Shown here: one piece after another, positions 46,906-55,635 of the stretch | How the letters are laid out: each line of letters starts with the position of its first letter | How positions within the stretch are numbered: the first letter of the stretch is position 1 | Virus record (IMG/VR): IMGVR_UViG_3300026268_000003 | Location: 1-55,635 of that record | Reading direction: 5' to 3' (one strand) | From: a virus | Lineage: Duplodnaviria > Caudoviricetes | Length of the DNA stretch: 55,635 nucleotides | Position numbers and translations under genes: made by a program | The notes under the pieces: generated by a model | Seen by the model: only the letters and a program-made list of their open reading frames with translations | Databases searched by the model: none | What the model was told of the DNA's origin: nothing

Positions 46906-46965
46906 TATAAAAACAAAGCCACCCTAAACGCTACACAACACCTCTTTGTTCATGCGTAACCTTTA

Positions 46966-47445
46966 TTAAGATATCTTTACAAATGTCTTTTTAGGTTGTT
47001 CTGGCTCTATTTTTGGAACGTCAATCATTAGTATCCCGTTTTCAAATTTAGCGTTGATGTTATCACCATCAAGACTATCACCTAAAGTGAAACTACGTTT
47101 GAAAGATGAACCTTTAAGTTCTCTACGAAGAACTTTTGCTTTATCATCTGCAGAACCTATTGAATGTTTCTTGCCTGAAATAGTCAAGACACCTTCTTCA
47201 ACTTCAACTTCAAGGTCTTTCTTGTCTAAACCTGGAATTTCAGCAACGATACCAACTTTGTCATCGTATTCATAGACATTTACCTTTGGATAAGCTGAAC
47301 CTTGAAAAGGCGTAACTCCAACAGTATTTACAAACTCTGGAAAGTTTGTTTCAAACATACTATCAAATAGTTTATCAAACGGGGTTAAAAAAGAATCCCT
47401 ATCAAAGAATGTAGGGAGATTGCGGATTGTTGTGACTTTAGTCAT
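46966..47445 (-). CDS. Small heat-shock protein (Hsp20)
   Basis: YPKVNVYE, AEIPGL.K.D, LTISG, FKRSFTL, AKFENGIL.I.VPK. Confidence 0.95.
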   Translation of the reverse strand: MTKVTTIRNLPTFFDRDSFLTPFDKLFDSMFETNFPEFVNTVGVTPFQGSAYPKVNVYEYDDKVGIVAEIPGLDKKDLEVEVEEGVLTISGKKHSIGSADDKAKVLRRELKGSSFKRSFTLGDSLDGDNINAKFENGILMIDVPKIEPEQPKKTFVKIS

Positions 47446-47550
47446 GGTTTTTCTCCTGTTTTGTTTACTTTTTAGTCAAACATTAACGTCCTCAATTGAG
47501 CGACATTAATTCTTATTCATTAATAAATATGTAGAGATTTATTAAAACGT

Positions 47551-47718
47551 TCAAGCTTTTTTCAAATAATCTTCTGGTATAAACCATATCCTGCCCATAG
47601 TATCTCGCACTCTGACATGATTTTGTAAAGTTTGATTACCATCTCGTTTTACTATCTCATTTATATAAAGTGTACCATCTGTTGATGTGTACGTTTTTAT
47701 AACCTTATACTTTTGCAT
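47551..47718 (-). CDS. 55-aa SH3-like protein
   Basis: MQKYKVIKTY...VRVRDTMGRIWFIPEDYLKKA; GGAG RBS. Confidence 0.5.
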   Translation of the reverse strand: MQKYKVIKTYTSTDGTLYINEIVKRDGNQTLQNHVRVRDTMGRIWFIPEDYLKKA

Positions 47719-47898
47719 TTTAGTTACTCCATTTCATGCTTGTATAACTTTGTGTTGTTGTTTCTGTAGCGTAAGAAACTATAATTACATATGTCATAAT
47801 CTCTTAGCTATTTTTTCGGCTAACCAATCCATTATTTCTATTGAGTGTGTACAATACAAACAAATAAATATTAACCAATAATCTTCTAAAAATTGCAT

Positions 47899-48285
47899 TT
47901 AAGCTCCAAATACTTTTTTCTTTTCACCATGATACTCATACGCGTGTCCTTCATCTTTCAGTAATTCATTTACGGACTTCTCGTGTCCTTTAACAAATAA
48001 CTCTCCAAGAACTCTACCATACTTTCCTCTACCATGTGATATGATTGAAAACTTACCTTCATCAGAATTTTCTAAAAGGTCTTTTACATAAGCTTTTGCT
48101 TCTAAACCTTTTTTCTTTTCTTCTAAATCCCGTGTTCTACTTTCCCAAGTATCAACACCATAAAATCTTATTCTACTCTTCACCCACACGTTAAACCCCA
48201 AATCAATCATTGCGTCAGCGGTATCCCCATCAACAACTCTAACCAATTTACAACTATATCCATGCTTCTTAACTTGTGCTCCCAT
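47899..48285 (-). CDS. Thermonuclease (SNase-like)
   Basis: RVVDGDT, RIRFYGVDTWE, GKYGRVLG, VNELL..GHA; ATATTTAT at 48318-48325. Confidence 0.88.
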   Translation of the reverse strand: MGAQVKKHGYSCKLVRVVDGDTADAMIDLGFNVWVKSRIRFYGVDTWESRTRDLEEKKKGLEAKAYVKDLLENSDEGKFSIISHGRGKYGRVLGELFVKGHEKSVNELLKDEGHAYEYHGEKKKVFGA

Positions 48286-48337
48286 AATATTTATCTCCGT
48301 ATTTTTATGTTACGTATATAAATATATATGAAAAAAA

Positions 48338-48601
48338 TTAATATCTACTTATAGATAATACCTTACTAAAATTTTTATCGTATTTTCCTTTTTCTAGCCT
48401 CTCTAATACTTTTTGTGCTTCTTGCTGTTTCAAGGGTTTCAATATTGTTTCTCCCTTATGCTTAAACGTAGAATTAGAAGTAGAAGCTAATTGCTGAATA
48501 ACACTCAAACCACTTTTGTATTGAAGATATGCTTCATAAGTACATCTCAAATTATTATTACTCGCTAAAATAATATATTTATCATAGTTCAGTTCCATCA
48601 A
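48338..48601 (-). CDS. Hypothetical protein
   Basis: 87 aa; fits packing. Confidence 0.5.
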   Translation of the reverse strand: MMELNYDKYIILASNNNLRCTYEAYLQYKSGLSVIQQLASTSNSTFKHKGETILKPLKQQEAQKVLERLEKGKYDKNFSKVLSISRY

Positions 48602-48788
48602 TCATAGTTCCTTTCAAATATTCTTTAACTAAAATGTTCTCTACCCGTTGTCGTTCTTTATAATCTACATAAGATTCTTTTTCCAAACGTTTAGGGCCAT
48701 GTAACATACTGCTTATCTTAAACCGTTCCTTTTTTTCTTTATTGGGTTTCGGCATCTTTTGTCCTTTTTCTTTTTGGTGAATTTTCAT
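48582..48788 (-). CDS. Hypothetical basic protein
   Basis: GPKRLEKESYVDYKER; start may be the internal MPKP. Confidence 0.5.
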   Translation of the reverse strand: MKIHQKEKGQKMPKPNKEKKERFKISSMLHGPKRLEKESYVDYKERQRVENILVKEYLKGTMIDGTEL

Positions 48789-48902
48789 ATCTACGTTGAG
48801 CTCGCAAAATATTTATACTTCTCCGAGTAGCTTTCAATCTACGCAATTTTTTTAATCGCTTTCTTTTGGTAATCTGATTAGTATTATTTCGTTTTCTCAT
48901 GC

Positions 48903-49187
48903 TTATTTATTTCCCATTTCAATTTTTAACTCACAGCCTAAATGATTAGTGCCTGAACCTATATAATCCCAATCCACATCATAAGTATTTTTACCACATA
49001 TATCACATACCCATGATTCTTTTGCTCGTTGACCATTAAGAGTTTGTTCATCAAACTCAATCCACCTACCTCTATCATTAAGTGTAGCAGATATAAGTCC
49101 GGCAATGGTTTTCCTTGCCGCTTCAGACGATAAATTTATCTGACTCTCGGACATATCATCTAATACATCCATTATTATTTGTTTCAT
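48903..49187 (-). CDS. Hypothetical protein with CxxC...HxxC Zn motif
   Basis: CDICG...NHLGC; AAGGAG RBS. Confidence 0.55.
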   Translation of the reverse strand: MKQIIMDVLDDMSESQINLSSEAARKTIAGLISATLNDRGRWIEFDEQTLNGQRAKESWVCDICGKNTYDVDWDYIGSGTNHLGCELKIEMGNK

Positions 49188-49211
49188 ATTTTTTCTCCTT
49201 ATAGTTAAATA

Positions 49212-49250
49212 ACGGGGTCAGGAAAAAAATGAGTGAAAACCTAACCCCGT
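49212..49250 (-). terminator. Hairpin downstream of the AAA+ gene
   Basis: ACGGGGTTAGG / CCTGACCCCGT 11-bp stem followed by TATTT. Confidence 0.55.
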
Positions 49251-49266
49251 CTTTTGTGAGAAAAAC

Positions 49267-50448
49267 TTAACTCATAGAGTTAGCGTTTTCAATTTCATCT
49301 TCATTAAACAAATCATCAGAAGAACCATCAGTAATATATTTCTGAACTAATTGTTTAACATAAGTTCTTTCAGACTCAAGTCCACCATCATCCGAAAACT
49401 GAGGATAGATACTAACTTCAGCCGCCTCATCAAGTCCAAAACCATCATAAAGTAAACCGGCTACTTCAACCGATGTACGAGTAGAAACTCCATTAGTAAT
49501 TCTACCTGTTTCAGATTTAGACTCTGAACGAGTAGTGGTAGTAATAGAAGCAACAGACTCAAGTAATGATTCATCAACGTGAGGAAACATATACTTTAAA
49601 AGACCATACTCTTCATCAGAAGTTAAGACATCCATCTCAACAACAATGAATCTATCCATAAGGGCTTTATCCATAACCCTTGTAGAAGTATACTCATTAC
49701 CAACGTTAGCAGTAGCAACGAAAGTTACACCTTCTGCAACACTAACAGTTTCAGCACCATCAGCCTCATCCAACCGAAGATATCTTTGACCTGTATCTAA
49801 TACAGTCATCAAGATATTCCACGCATCAGGATGAGCTCTTGATAATTCATCAAGAAGAATCACAGCGTTAGGTGTACGAATAGCTTTAACAAAAAGAGAT
49901 TCAGAAAAATAAGTTCCATCCTTTTTATCAAAGTGAGTATTACCAATTAAGGTAGACCGAGGGTCTTGAGTAGCACCCAAGTTAAAGTAGAAATCAGGTC
50001 TATCCATCGCATTAACAAGTGACTTAGCAGCCATTGTCTTACCACAACCAGCAGGACCAGTCATCAACATATTCTTACCACGAACAGCTGACCTAACTAA
50101 GAACTTCCATTTAAGTTCTGACATAACCAAACCTTTAGGTTTAAGTTTATAAGAACTATGTATAAAGTTAAGTACTTCAGCGTGGTCACTTGGTACATCA
50201 ACACTTGACGTATCAATTACTGGGGCTGAAGTTGATTCAAAAACAGACATAGGAACTGACCACCAGTAAGGTTTACCAGATTTGTTAATCCTACGTTCAA
50301 GGGCCATACCCTTAGCATAAGCTTTCTTTCGAGTACCAGTTCCAATCTCAGATGTTAATTTGTTACCATCAACATCCCAAGCATTGAATCGGTTACCCGA
50401 CTTTTCGATTTTTACAACAACAGAATTGTTATTGTCAATATTAGTCAT
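49267..50448 (-). CDS. MoxR/CbbQ/CobS-like AAA+ ATPase
   Basis: GPAGCGKT, LLDELSR, ATAN, DKALMDRF, STR sensor II. Confidence 0.88.
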   Translation of the reverse strand: MTNIDNNNSVVVKIEKSGNRFNAWDVDGNKLTSEIGTGTRKKAYAKGMALERRINKSGKPYWWSVPMSVFESTSAPVIDTSSVDVPSDHAEVLNFIHSSYKLKPKGLVMSELKWKFLVRSAVRGKNMLMTGPAGCGKTMAAKSLVNAMDRPDFYFNLGATQDPRSTLIGNTHFDKKDGTYFSESLFVKAIRTPNAVILLDELSRAHPDAWNILMTVLDTGQRYLRLDEADGAETVSVAEGVTFVATANVGNEYTSTRVMDKALMDRFIVVEMDVLTSDEEYGLLKYMFPHVDESLLESVASITTTTRSESKSETGRITNGVSTRTSVEVAGLLYDGFGLDEAAEVSIYPQFSDDGGLESERTYVKQLVQKYITDGSSDDLFNEDEIENANSMS

Positions 50449-50478
50449 TAAATTTGACTCCTTTTTTTTTGTGTTTCA

Positions 50479-50536
50479 TTTCTCATTTCGTTATTAATAT
50501 ACGTATAATGCAAACAAAAGTCAAGAGCTTTTTTCA
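50479..50536 (-). repeat. 58-bp promoter repeat, copy 1 (TTGACT-N17-TATATT)
   Basis: 57/58 identical to 53286-53343. Confidence 0.9.
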
Positions 50537-50682
50537 CTTTTCTCAAGCTTTTTTTTGTCTTTTTTTAAATTAGTATAAATCATATCATCCATCTTGTCTT
50601 CATTGAGCCAATCAAGAGTTGAAAAACCACCTTGTGTAAACTCATCTAATTCAATCTTTAATTTTTTATTACGATATTTCAT

Positions 50683-50865
50683 TTATTTTTTCCTTTTGAA
50701 CCAATGTAATTTACCATTTCCATTATCAAATGTTTCCAAACCACATTTTTTCCATATACATTTCCATTGGTATCTATCAGTATATTTTTCAAATGGTTTC
50801 ATAACCCAACCACAATTACAAGTTGGACTATGTTTATAATATTTTTTTAATAACCACTTAAACAT
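50683..50865 (-). CDS. Small Zn-ribbon-like protein
   Basis: CNCG...CIWKKCG. Confidence 0.5.
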   Translation of the reverse strand: MFKWLLKKYYKHSPTCNCGWVMKPFEKYTDRYQWKCIWKKCGLETFDNGNGKLHWFKRKK

Positions 50866-51124
50866 ATTGACTTACCCACTCTGCGTTTTCTCTCATGTAT
50901 GTATCAATACAACTATCTAAATACTTATCACTTGTGGATTCTACCCAACTAAAATTCCCATCTTCATCTTCATATCCAATACACATAACTTCACATTCAG
51001 CTTCATTAGGAAAATACAACCACTTATATTCTATGAGATAAGGTTTATCATAATACTCATCAAACTCCTCTGAATAAGTGTGGTGGTAATATGTTAGTTC
51101 TAAAGGTTTACTTACTGGTATCAT
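50858..51124 (-). CDS. Hypothetical acidic protein
   Basis: Starts immediately after the VWA stop. Confidence 0.55.
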   Translation of the reverse strand: MIPVSKPLELTYYHHTYSEEFDEYYDKPYLIEYKWLYFPNEAECEVMCIGYEDEDGNFSWVESTSDKYLDSCIDTYMRENAEWVSQYV

Positions 51125-53275
51125 TTACTTCTCCAAGAATTTTTTATTCATTGTTTTAGCAACAGAAAGAACAGAAGTTACATCAATAAATTCAGCATCA
51201 GCACCATACATTCTTTTAAAAGTACCAGTGGCGTGACTTCTATCATATGAATCTCCAATGAAATAACTCATAACATGAACACCCATATAACGAATTTCAT
51301 CAACCATTTTTCTGGTGTGATTGATTGCAGTATCATGATGATAATCAATATCATTATTACCAAACATTGGCATCCCATCAGAAAAGTTTAAGAAGTAAGA
51401 ATCTTTATCTTTAGAAGTAGGAACAATATCACTAAGAATAGCTTCGAAACATAATCCTTCAGGAGTAGTTCCACTAGCTCTAAGATAAGGAAAAAGACTT
51501 CTAACTTTACGAAAGTTATCAATACGAGAATCATAAGCAATCAAAACAATAGGATATTCTGTAATAGAACCGCGTCTAGCATACCGACTACCACTTGTTT
51601 GTGTACTTCTGAAACTTACAACAACATCAACGTTAGAAATCATATCAACAGCTTTACAAAGAGCTACAACAGAAGTCATAGTGTTAGTCCACTTTGAACC
51701 ACCCATCGAACCACTAGCGTCAACTGAAATGTGAAGAAACGCATCAGAGTAAGATTCTACAAATGTATTTTGAAAAACTCTTTCATTACCAAAACCAAGT
51801 TCAGCAACTAATCTTTTATCAATACGACCAGAATCTAATCTCGTCCACTTAGTTTCACGACTCTCACCACGAACTTGAAGTTTTCTTCCAAGTATAGTTC
51901 CAAGTCTAATACCATCTTCAACATAACCTTCTTCATTTTCTTCATCACGATTATAGTAGTAACGAGAATACTTTGAAGTGGACAACATATTAATAGTATC
52001 ACTATCAATTAATTCTTTAGTTAATTTCTTAACCATAACAACTTTAGTAGGAGTTTTCTTTCCATAGTATCTATCTTCAATACCTTTAGCAACTTCAACA
52101 TAACTCATACCAGAAGATTCAACTGTATCTAAATCTCTTTTTTCTTTTTTGGTAACTTTCTTCTTAGAAATTTCACCATCCATAAATTTATTTTGTTTCT
52201 TGATAGCATTCTCAAGTTGTTTTTTCTGATTATCAGTAAGAGTAACTTCTTCACTTTTATCTGAAGAAGAAGAAGAACCACTATCCATTTCAGAGTTATC
52301 CAACATCTCTTTAAACTCTTCATCAGTAAGTTCTTTAGGTGATTTTTTATCTCCATCAGAACCTTCACCATTACCACTAGCAGATTGAGAATCAGAATCA
52401 TCACCTTCATCAGCTGGGGAATAAGAAACTTCACCAGTATCTGGGTCAACATTTTCAATACCATCTTTAAGATTATTCATTATAATTGAATAAACTTCAA
52501 GTGATACAATAAAAGCATCTTCAGTAGAATTTAACCTACTAATATTTTTTAAACCAATTTCATTCCAAATGTCACGAAGACCATTCAAAGAATTTAAATT
52601 AGTATTTTTATTAGCAAGATTAATAAGTCTAAACATATAAGAATCTAAATTCTCATTAGTATATTCATTTGAAATAAGAGCTTTATCAAGAATCTTTGAG
52701 TAAAAATACTTGTCATACATTGAATGGTAATAACCTTTATAACCAGGTGATGTAGTAAAAATATAATTATCAATTCGTCTATCTTCTACATAATTAAGGA
52801 TATTTTTTACAATCTCCATACCCTTATTTTTAGAATAACCTTTTTTCTCACCAAGAAGAAAATACTCTTCTGGAATACTATTTTCAAGATTCTTTAAAAA
52901 ATCAAAATCAGAAAGTTTAATATGTGAACCTTCATGAAGGGCGAGACCAACAGTAGAATCAAAAAGTTTATCATCTAACTTAGCAGAAATAGTAACGTTT
53001 TTACCATCAGTAAAACTATCACCATGTGAATTAAAAGTAACTTTAATATCTGGGTCACCAGTAACGATACCAACAAAGTTACCAACAGCTCTCCTATATG
53101 AAGAGAGGGCGATTAAATCAGTTTTTGGTTTTACATCTTCGTCATCAAATACCGAACCAGTATTATCCCAACCTTCATCTAACCAGAATGAACTGAAATT
53201 ATTAGTTTTATTAAGACTCCCAACAGAATACTTCTCACGAAGAGCCATGGGATTGAATTTTTTTGTTTCTGACAT
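51125..53275 (-). CDS. VWA-domain protein with N-terminal HExxH (CobT/CbbO-like partner of the AAA+)
   Basis: Start revised to ATG 53275 (AAGGA RBS, downstream of the promoter). LHEGSH, N.VED.RI, acidic linker, MIDAS DASGS, GTTPEG, FSDG. Confidence 0.85.
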   Translation of the reverse strand: MSETKKFNPMALREKYSVGSLNKTNNFSSFWLDEGWDNTGSVFDDEDVKPKTDLIALSSYRRAVGNFVGIVTGDPDIKVTFNSHGDSFTDGKNVTISAKLDDKLFDSTVGLALHEGSHIKLSDFDFLKNLENSIPEEYFLLGEKKGYSKNKGMEIVKNILNYVEDRRIDNYIFTTSPGYKGYYHSMYDKYFYSKILDKALISNEYTNENLDSYMFRLINLANKNTNLNSLNGLRDIWNEIGLKNISRLNSTEDAFIVSLEVYSIIMNNLKDGIENVDPDTGEVSYSPADEGDDSDSQSASGNGEGSDGDKKSPKELTDEEFKEMLDNSEMDSGSSSSSDKSEEVTLTDNQKKQLENAIKKQNKFMDGEISKKKVTKKEKRDLDTVESSGMSYVEVAKGIEDRYYGKKTPTKVVMVKKLTKELIDSDTINMLSTSKYSRYYYNRDEENEEGYVEDGIRLGTILGRKLQVRGESRETKWTRLDSGRIDKRLVAELGFGNERVFQNTFVESYSDAFLHISVDASGSMGGSKWTNTMTSVVALCKAVDMISNVDVVVSFRSTQTSGSRYARRGSITEYPIVLIAYDSRIDNFRKVRSLFPYLRASGTTPEGLCFEAILSDIVPTSKDKDSYFLNFSDGMPMFGNNDIDYHHDTAINHTRKMVDEIRYMGVHVMSYFIGDSYDRSHATGTFKRMYGADAEFIDVTSVLSVAKTMNKKFLEK

Positions 53276-53285
53276 TTTTTCCTTG

Positions 53286-53343
53286 TTTCTCATTTCGTTA
53301 TTAATATACGTATAATGCAAACAACAGTCAAGAGCTTTTTTCA
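53286..53343 (-). repeat. 58-bp promoter repeat, copy 2
   Basis: See 50479-50536. Confidence 0.9.
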
Positions 53344-53780
53344 ATATTTTTAATTATTTTTTTATAAACTTTATTCACTGCATCCATTTGTTTTGTGGAA
53401 AGTGACATTCTACCTTTAGCTTGTTTTGAAATATCTTTTAGAAAATTTGTCGTATTACGTTTGTAACCACTTGTCCAACTGGTTTTTTCAACGGAATCTA
53501 TTACCAAATTAATTTTTGGTACAACAGATTCTAACCATTTATACCTTTCGGCTTTATATTTTGGATTATCTCGTTCTATTATACCATCTATACAAGCTAC
53601 CATCTTATCAGTAATCCTACGACCACTAATTAAAGCAAGTAACATATCTGAAGTAAATTGGTCTGAAGACCCAGACTTCTCAATCTGTCTATTTGCGATT
53701 TCTTTTAGAGATTTTATTTTATCTCCATATAACTTTGAATTGTGTTCAATCCATTTTTGACGATTAGTCATTCGTTTCAT
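53328..53780 (-). CDS. Hypothetical early protein
   Basis: Two similar units (F..D.......GR.[IL][ST].K[MQ]); directly behind a sigma70-like promoter. Confidence 0.6.
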   Translation of the reverse strand: MKRMTNRQKWIEHNSKLYGDKIKSLKEIANRQIEKSGSSDQFTSDMLLALISGRRITDKMVACIDGIIERDNPKYKAERYKWLESVVPKINLVIDSVEKTSWTSGYKRNTTNFLKDISKQAKGRMSLSTKQMDAVNKVYKKIIKNIEKSS

Positions 53781-53785
53781 AGTTT

Positions 53786-53815
53786 AGTATACGAAAAAAG
53801 CAGTATACGAGTCAA
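53786..53815 (-). promoter_or_regulatory. Sigma70-like promoter TTGACT-N18-TATACT
   Basis: Same AGCTCTTGACT -35 context as the other three copies. Confidence 0.7.
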
Positions 53816-53832
53816 GAGCTATTTTAGCTTTT

Positions 53833-54015
53833 TTATGATTTGCTTTCCTCAACTGAAACTTTCCTATATTCGGTAACTAACTTCTTAACTTCACCAATAG
53901 CTTTCCGAGCTCTTGTTCCAGCAGATTTGTTTCCCTTATCCGCAAACTTTCTATGATTTTCTTGAAACTCTTCCCATAGGTCGTTAAGGGATTCGTATAA
54001 TTCTGCACTTGTCAT
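53833..54015 (-). CDS. Histone H1-like Hc1-family protein
   Basis: KGNKSAGTRARKA..E.KKL..EYRK.S motif. Confidence 0.75.
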   Translation of the reverse strand: MTSAELYESLNDLWEEFQENHRKFADKGNKSAGTRARKAIGEVKKLVTEYRKVSVEESKS

Positions 54016-54024
54016 TTTATTCTC

Positions 54025-54252
54025 CTAATTTAAATCAGTAACTTCTGAATTTTGAAACGTGACAATGAATTTTTTATCTCTACCTTCATCCCACTCTTCA
54101 TATTCAATAAATATATGATTGTTACACATTCTGTCAATAACATCGTCCAGTTGTTTTTCTGAATTACATATTATTACAGTTTTATCTCCATTTGTTTTTA
54201 TATACACTTCATTATCAGCTTGATTGTAAATTACATTATCTTTCATCATCAT
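54025..54252 (-). CDS. Hypothetical protein
   Basis: 75 aa; coupled to the upstream gene. Confidence 0.5.
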   Translation of the reverse strand: MMMKDNVIYNQADNEVYIKTNGDKTVIICNSEKQLDDVIDRMCNNHIFIEYEEWDEGRDKKFIVTFQNSEVTDLN

Positions 54253-55352
54253 ACTGCAGCTAATGACGCTGGCTCATCATGAGACCACCAAGGTAATTGA
54301 TTATTATTATCAAGTGTAACAATATCTTCTTTAGTATAATTCTTTTCTAAAAAAATATGTCCTTTATTTTTAAATTTAACTTCATATGAACCATTACCTA
54401 TTGGTAGTTCTTTAAAAAATACTTGATTGGGTAATAAACTATATGTTTCGTATAAAATTTCTTTACCACTACTCTCTACTAATACTTCGTATTCTTGTCC
54501 TTCTTTAGTTTTATTTGCAGATATAATAGCTGGTTTGTAATTTTCTTTCTTAAAAAATATATTATTACCAAGTTCAACATCATCATTCCATTGATTATTT
54601 AAATTCATTTTTAAATTTGGAAATAAATTTGATTCATAATTAAATGAAGTACTATGTTCTAAAAGAGAAAATTCTACTGGTGGTTTTCTTGCAACAGAAT
54701 TTTTTTCTGATAAATAATCATAATAATAACATTCCATTGCAGTACTTAACGTTTCACCATCCGAATCTGATATATTTCTTTCTCTTATATTTTTAAAATA
54801 ATCTTTTGAATTATCAACCCAACCTAATGTTCTCAATAAAAAATCTGGGTTTCCAACAAATATTTCTAATTTACAATTGAATGTATTTGGCCATCTATAA
54901 TTTCTCTCAACTTCAAAATATGCTTTTTTATTATGTTGTTCTAAAAAATCTTTTATATAGTCGAATTTATGTAGGTCACTATCATCAAAAAGGGAATCCC
55001 CTTCAATGTAATAAACTAAATCTTTACCAAGAGATTTAGCTAAACTTAAACCATTTCTATGATTAGTTATATTTGCTATCTGGTGGTCACCTACATTTAT
55101 TATATAAGCAAAATATAAACCAGTTTGTTTGTACCAATACCAAGTACTAAACTCTTCCCAATCAGTTATCAGATAATTATCAGAATCATAAACAAAATAA
55201 TCTACCATCTTCTGCAATTCTAAAGATATAGGACAATGTGTAGCTAATATTATTTCTTTATCTGCACATTTCAAAGATTCAACACACTCCATAACTTGTT
55301 GTTCTTTTTCTGGTGTGTTGGGATACGCACCTATTAATATTATATCACTCAT
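54249..55352 (-). CDS. Putative glycosyltransferase-like (GT-A) protein
   Basis: IILIGAY..ECVESLK..IILATH..VDYFVYD, NGLSLAKSLG..YYIEGD (DxD-like); weak pattern. Confidence 0.4.
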   Translation of the reverse strand: MSDIILIGAYPNTPEKEQQVMECVESLKCADKEIILATHCPISLELQKMVDYFVYDSDNYLITDWEEFSTWYWYKQTGLYFAYIINVGDHQIANITNHRNGLSLAKSLGKDLVYYIEGDSLFDDSDLHKFDYIKDFLEQHNKKAYFEVERNYRWPNTFNCKLEIFVGNPDFLLRTLGWVDNSKDYFKNIRERNISDSDGETLSTAMECYYYDYLSEKNSVARKPPVEFSLLEHSTSFNYESNLFPNLKMNLNNQWNDDVELGNNIFFKKENYKPAIISANKTKEGQEYEVLVESSGKEILYETYSLLPNQVFFKELPIGNGSYEVKFKNKGHIFLEKNYTKEDIVTLDNNNQLPWWSHDEPASLAAV

Positions 55353-55635
55353 TGTTTTTGTATCACAATCATACTACGACTGCCGTCTATTGGATTTGTA
55401 CTAATAAATTTCCAAGGACAATCTATAGCAGTGTCTACCCACGCATAAATATTACTTCCCTTACCTATAACAGGGTATGGTAAAGTTATTCTTTCTATAG
55501 ACCCATCTACGTTCTTACAATCCACCCAAGTTGGATTATGGAAATCGGAAAAGTAATTATCATCTATAATAATAATAGAACCTACTGGCATTTTATCTTC
55601 CATGGCTAAAAATTCTCTTAACGTATGTACGGCAC
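55349..55635 (-). CDS. C-terminal part of a class I SAM-methyltransferase-like protein (partial)
   Basis: Frame is open to the window edge: AVHTLREFLAMEDKMPVGSIIIIDDN...GKG. Confidence 0.45.
   Translation of the reverse strand, partial: AVHTLREFLAMEDKMPVGSIIIIDDNYFSDFHNPTWVDCKNVDGSIERITLPYPVIGKGSNIYAWVDTAIDCPWKFISTNPIDGSRSMIVIQKQ

Noticed and set aside
49267-53275. AAA+/VWA pair as cobalamin chelatase CobS/CobT auxiliary genes
   Set aside because: No cobN or other B12 genes; MoxR-type AAA+/VWA pairs are common in large phages and are more safely called a chaperone-like pair.
53276-53344. N-terminal 23 codons of the 739-aa ORF
   Set aside because: They coincide with the promoter repeat and the upstream gene end.
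1-55635. Stop-codon reassignment, introns or inteins
   Set aside because: Genes are full length and tightly packed under the standard code with TAA, TAG and TGA all used as stops; no intein or homing-endonuclease motifs were recognised.

Overview
AT-rich, gene-dense segment of a large tailed dsDNA phage (myovirus-type baseplate genes), with almost all genes on the minus strand and the standard genetic code. In coordinate order it holds: a truncated tail-fibre-like gene; a replication/recombination block (Mre11-Rad50 fusion, DnaG-type primase, Holliday-junction resolvase); and a tightly coupled operon (12871->7641) encoding a putative outer-membrane beta-barrel, an intact H-NOX haem/NO sensor, an MshEN (c-di-GMP-binding type) membrane protein, a CXXC-less thioredoxin-fold protein, a 3TM holin, a papain-like protein, a Nudix hydrolase and a zincin. 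Next is a baseplate/tail module (gp6-, gp25- and gp5-like genes plus a 2078-aa PKD/LamG protein) containing two unexplained shared terminal peptides, N-terminal WGGK-x-x-T-x-x-LRM and C-terminal GV[RK]G-stop. After that come a gp55-like sigma factor, a tmRNA with a predicted 39-aa tag, tRNA-Cys, tRNA-Ala and an accessory region (IMPDH/GMPR, peptide deformylase, cold-shock protein, porin, Hsp20, SNase, MoxR-AAA/VWA pair, Hc1 histone-like protein). Two promoter classes are visible: sigma70-like TTGACT-N17/18-TATAYT and a strand-specific intergenic ATATTTAT. The best candidates for new biology are the H-NOX/MshEN/holin operon, the FecR-like GV[RK]G C-terminal tag family and the long-tag tmRNA. 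All calls are from motif recognition by eye; no searches were run.
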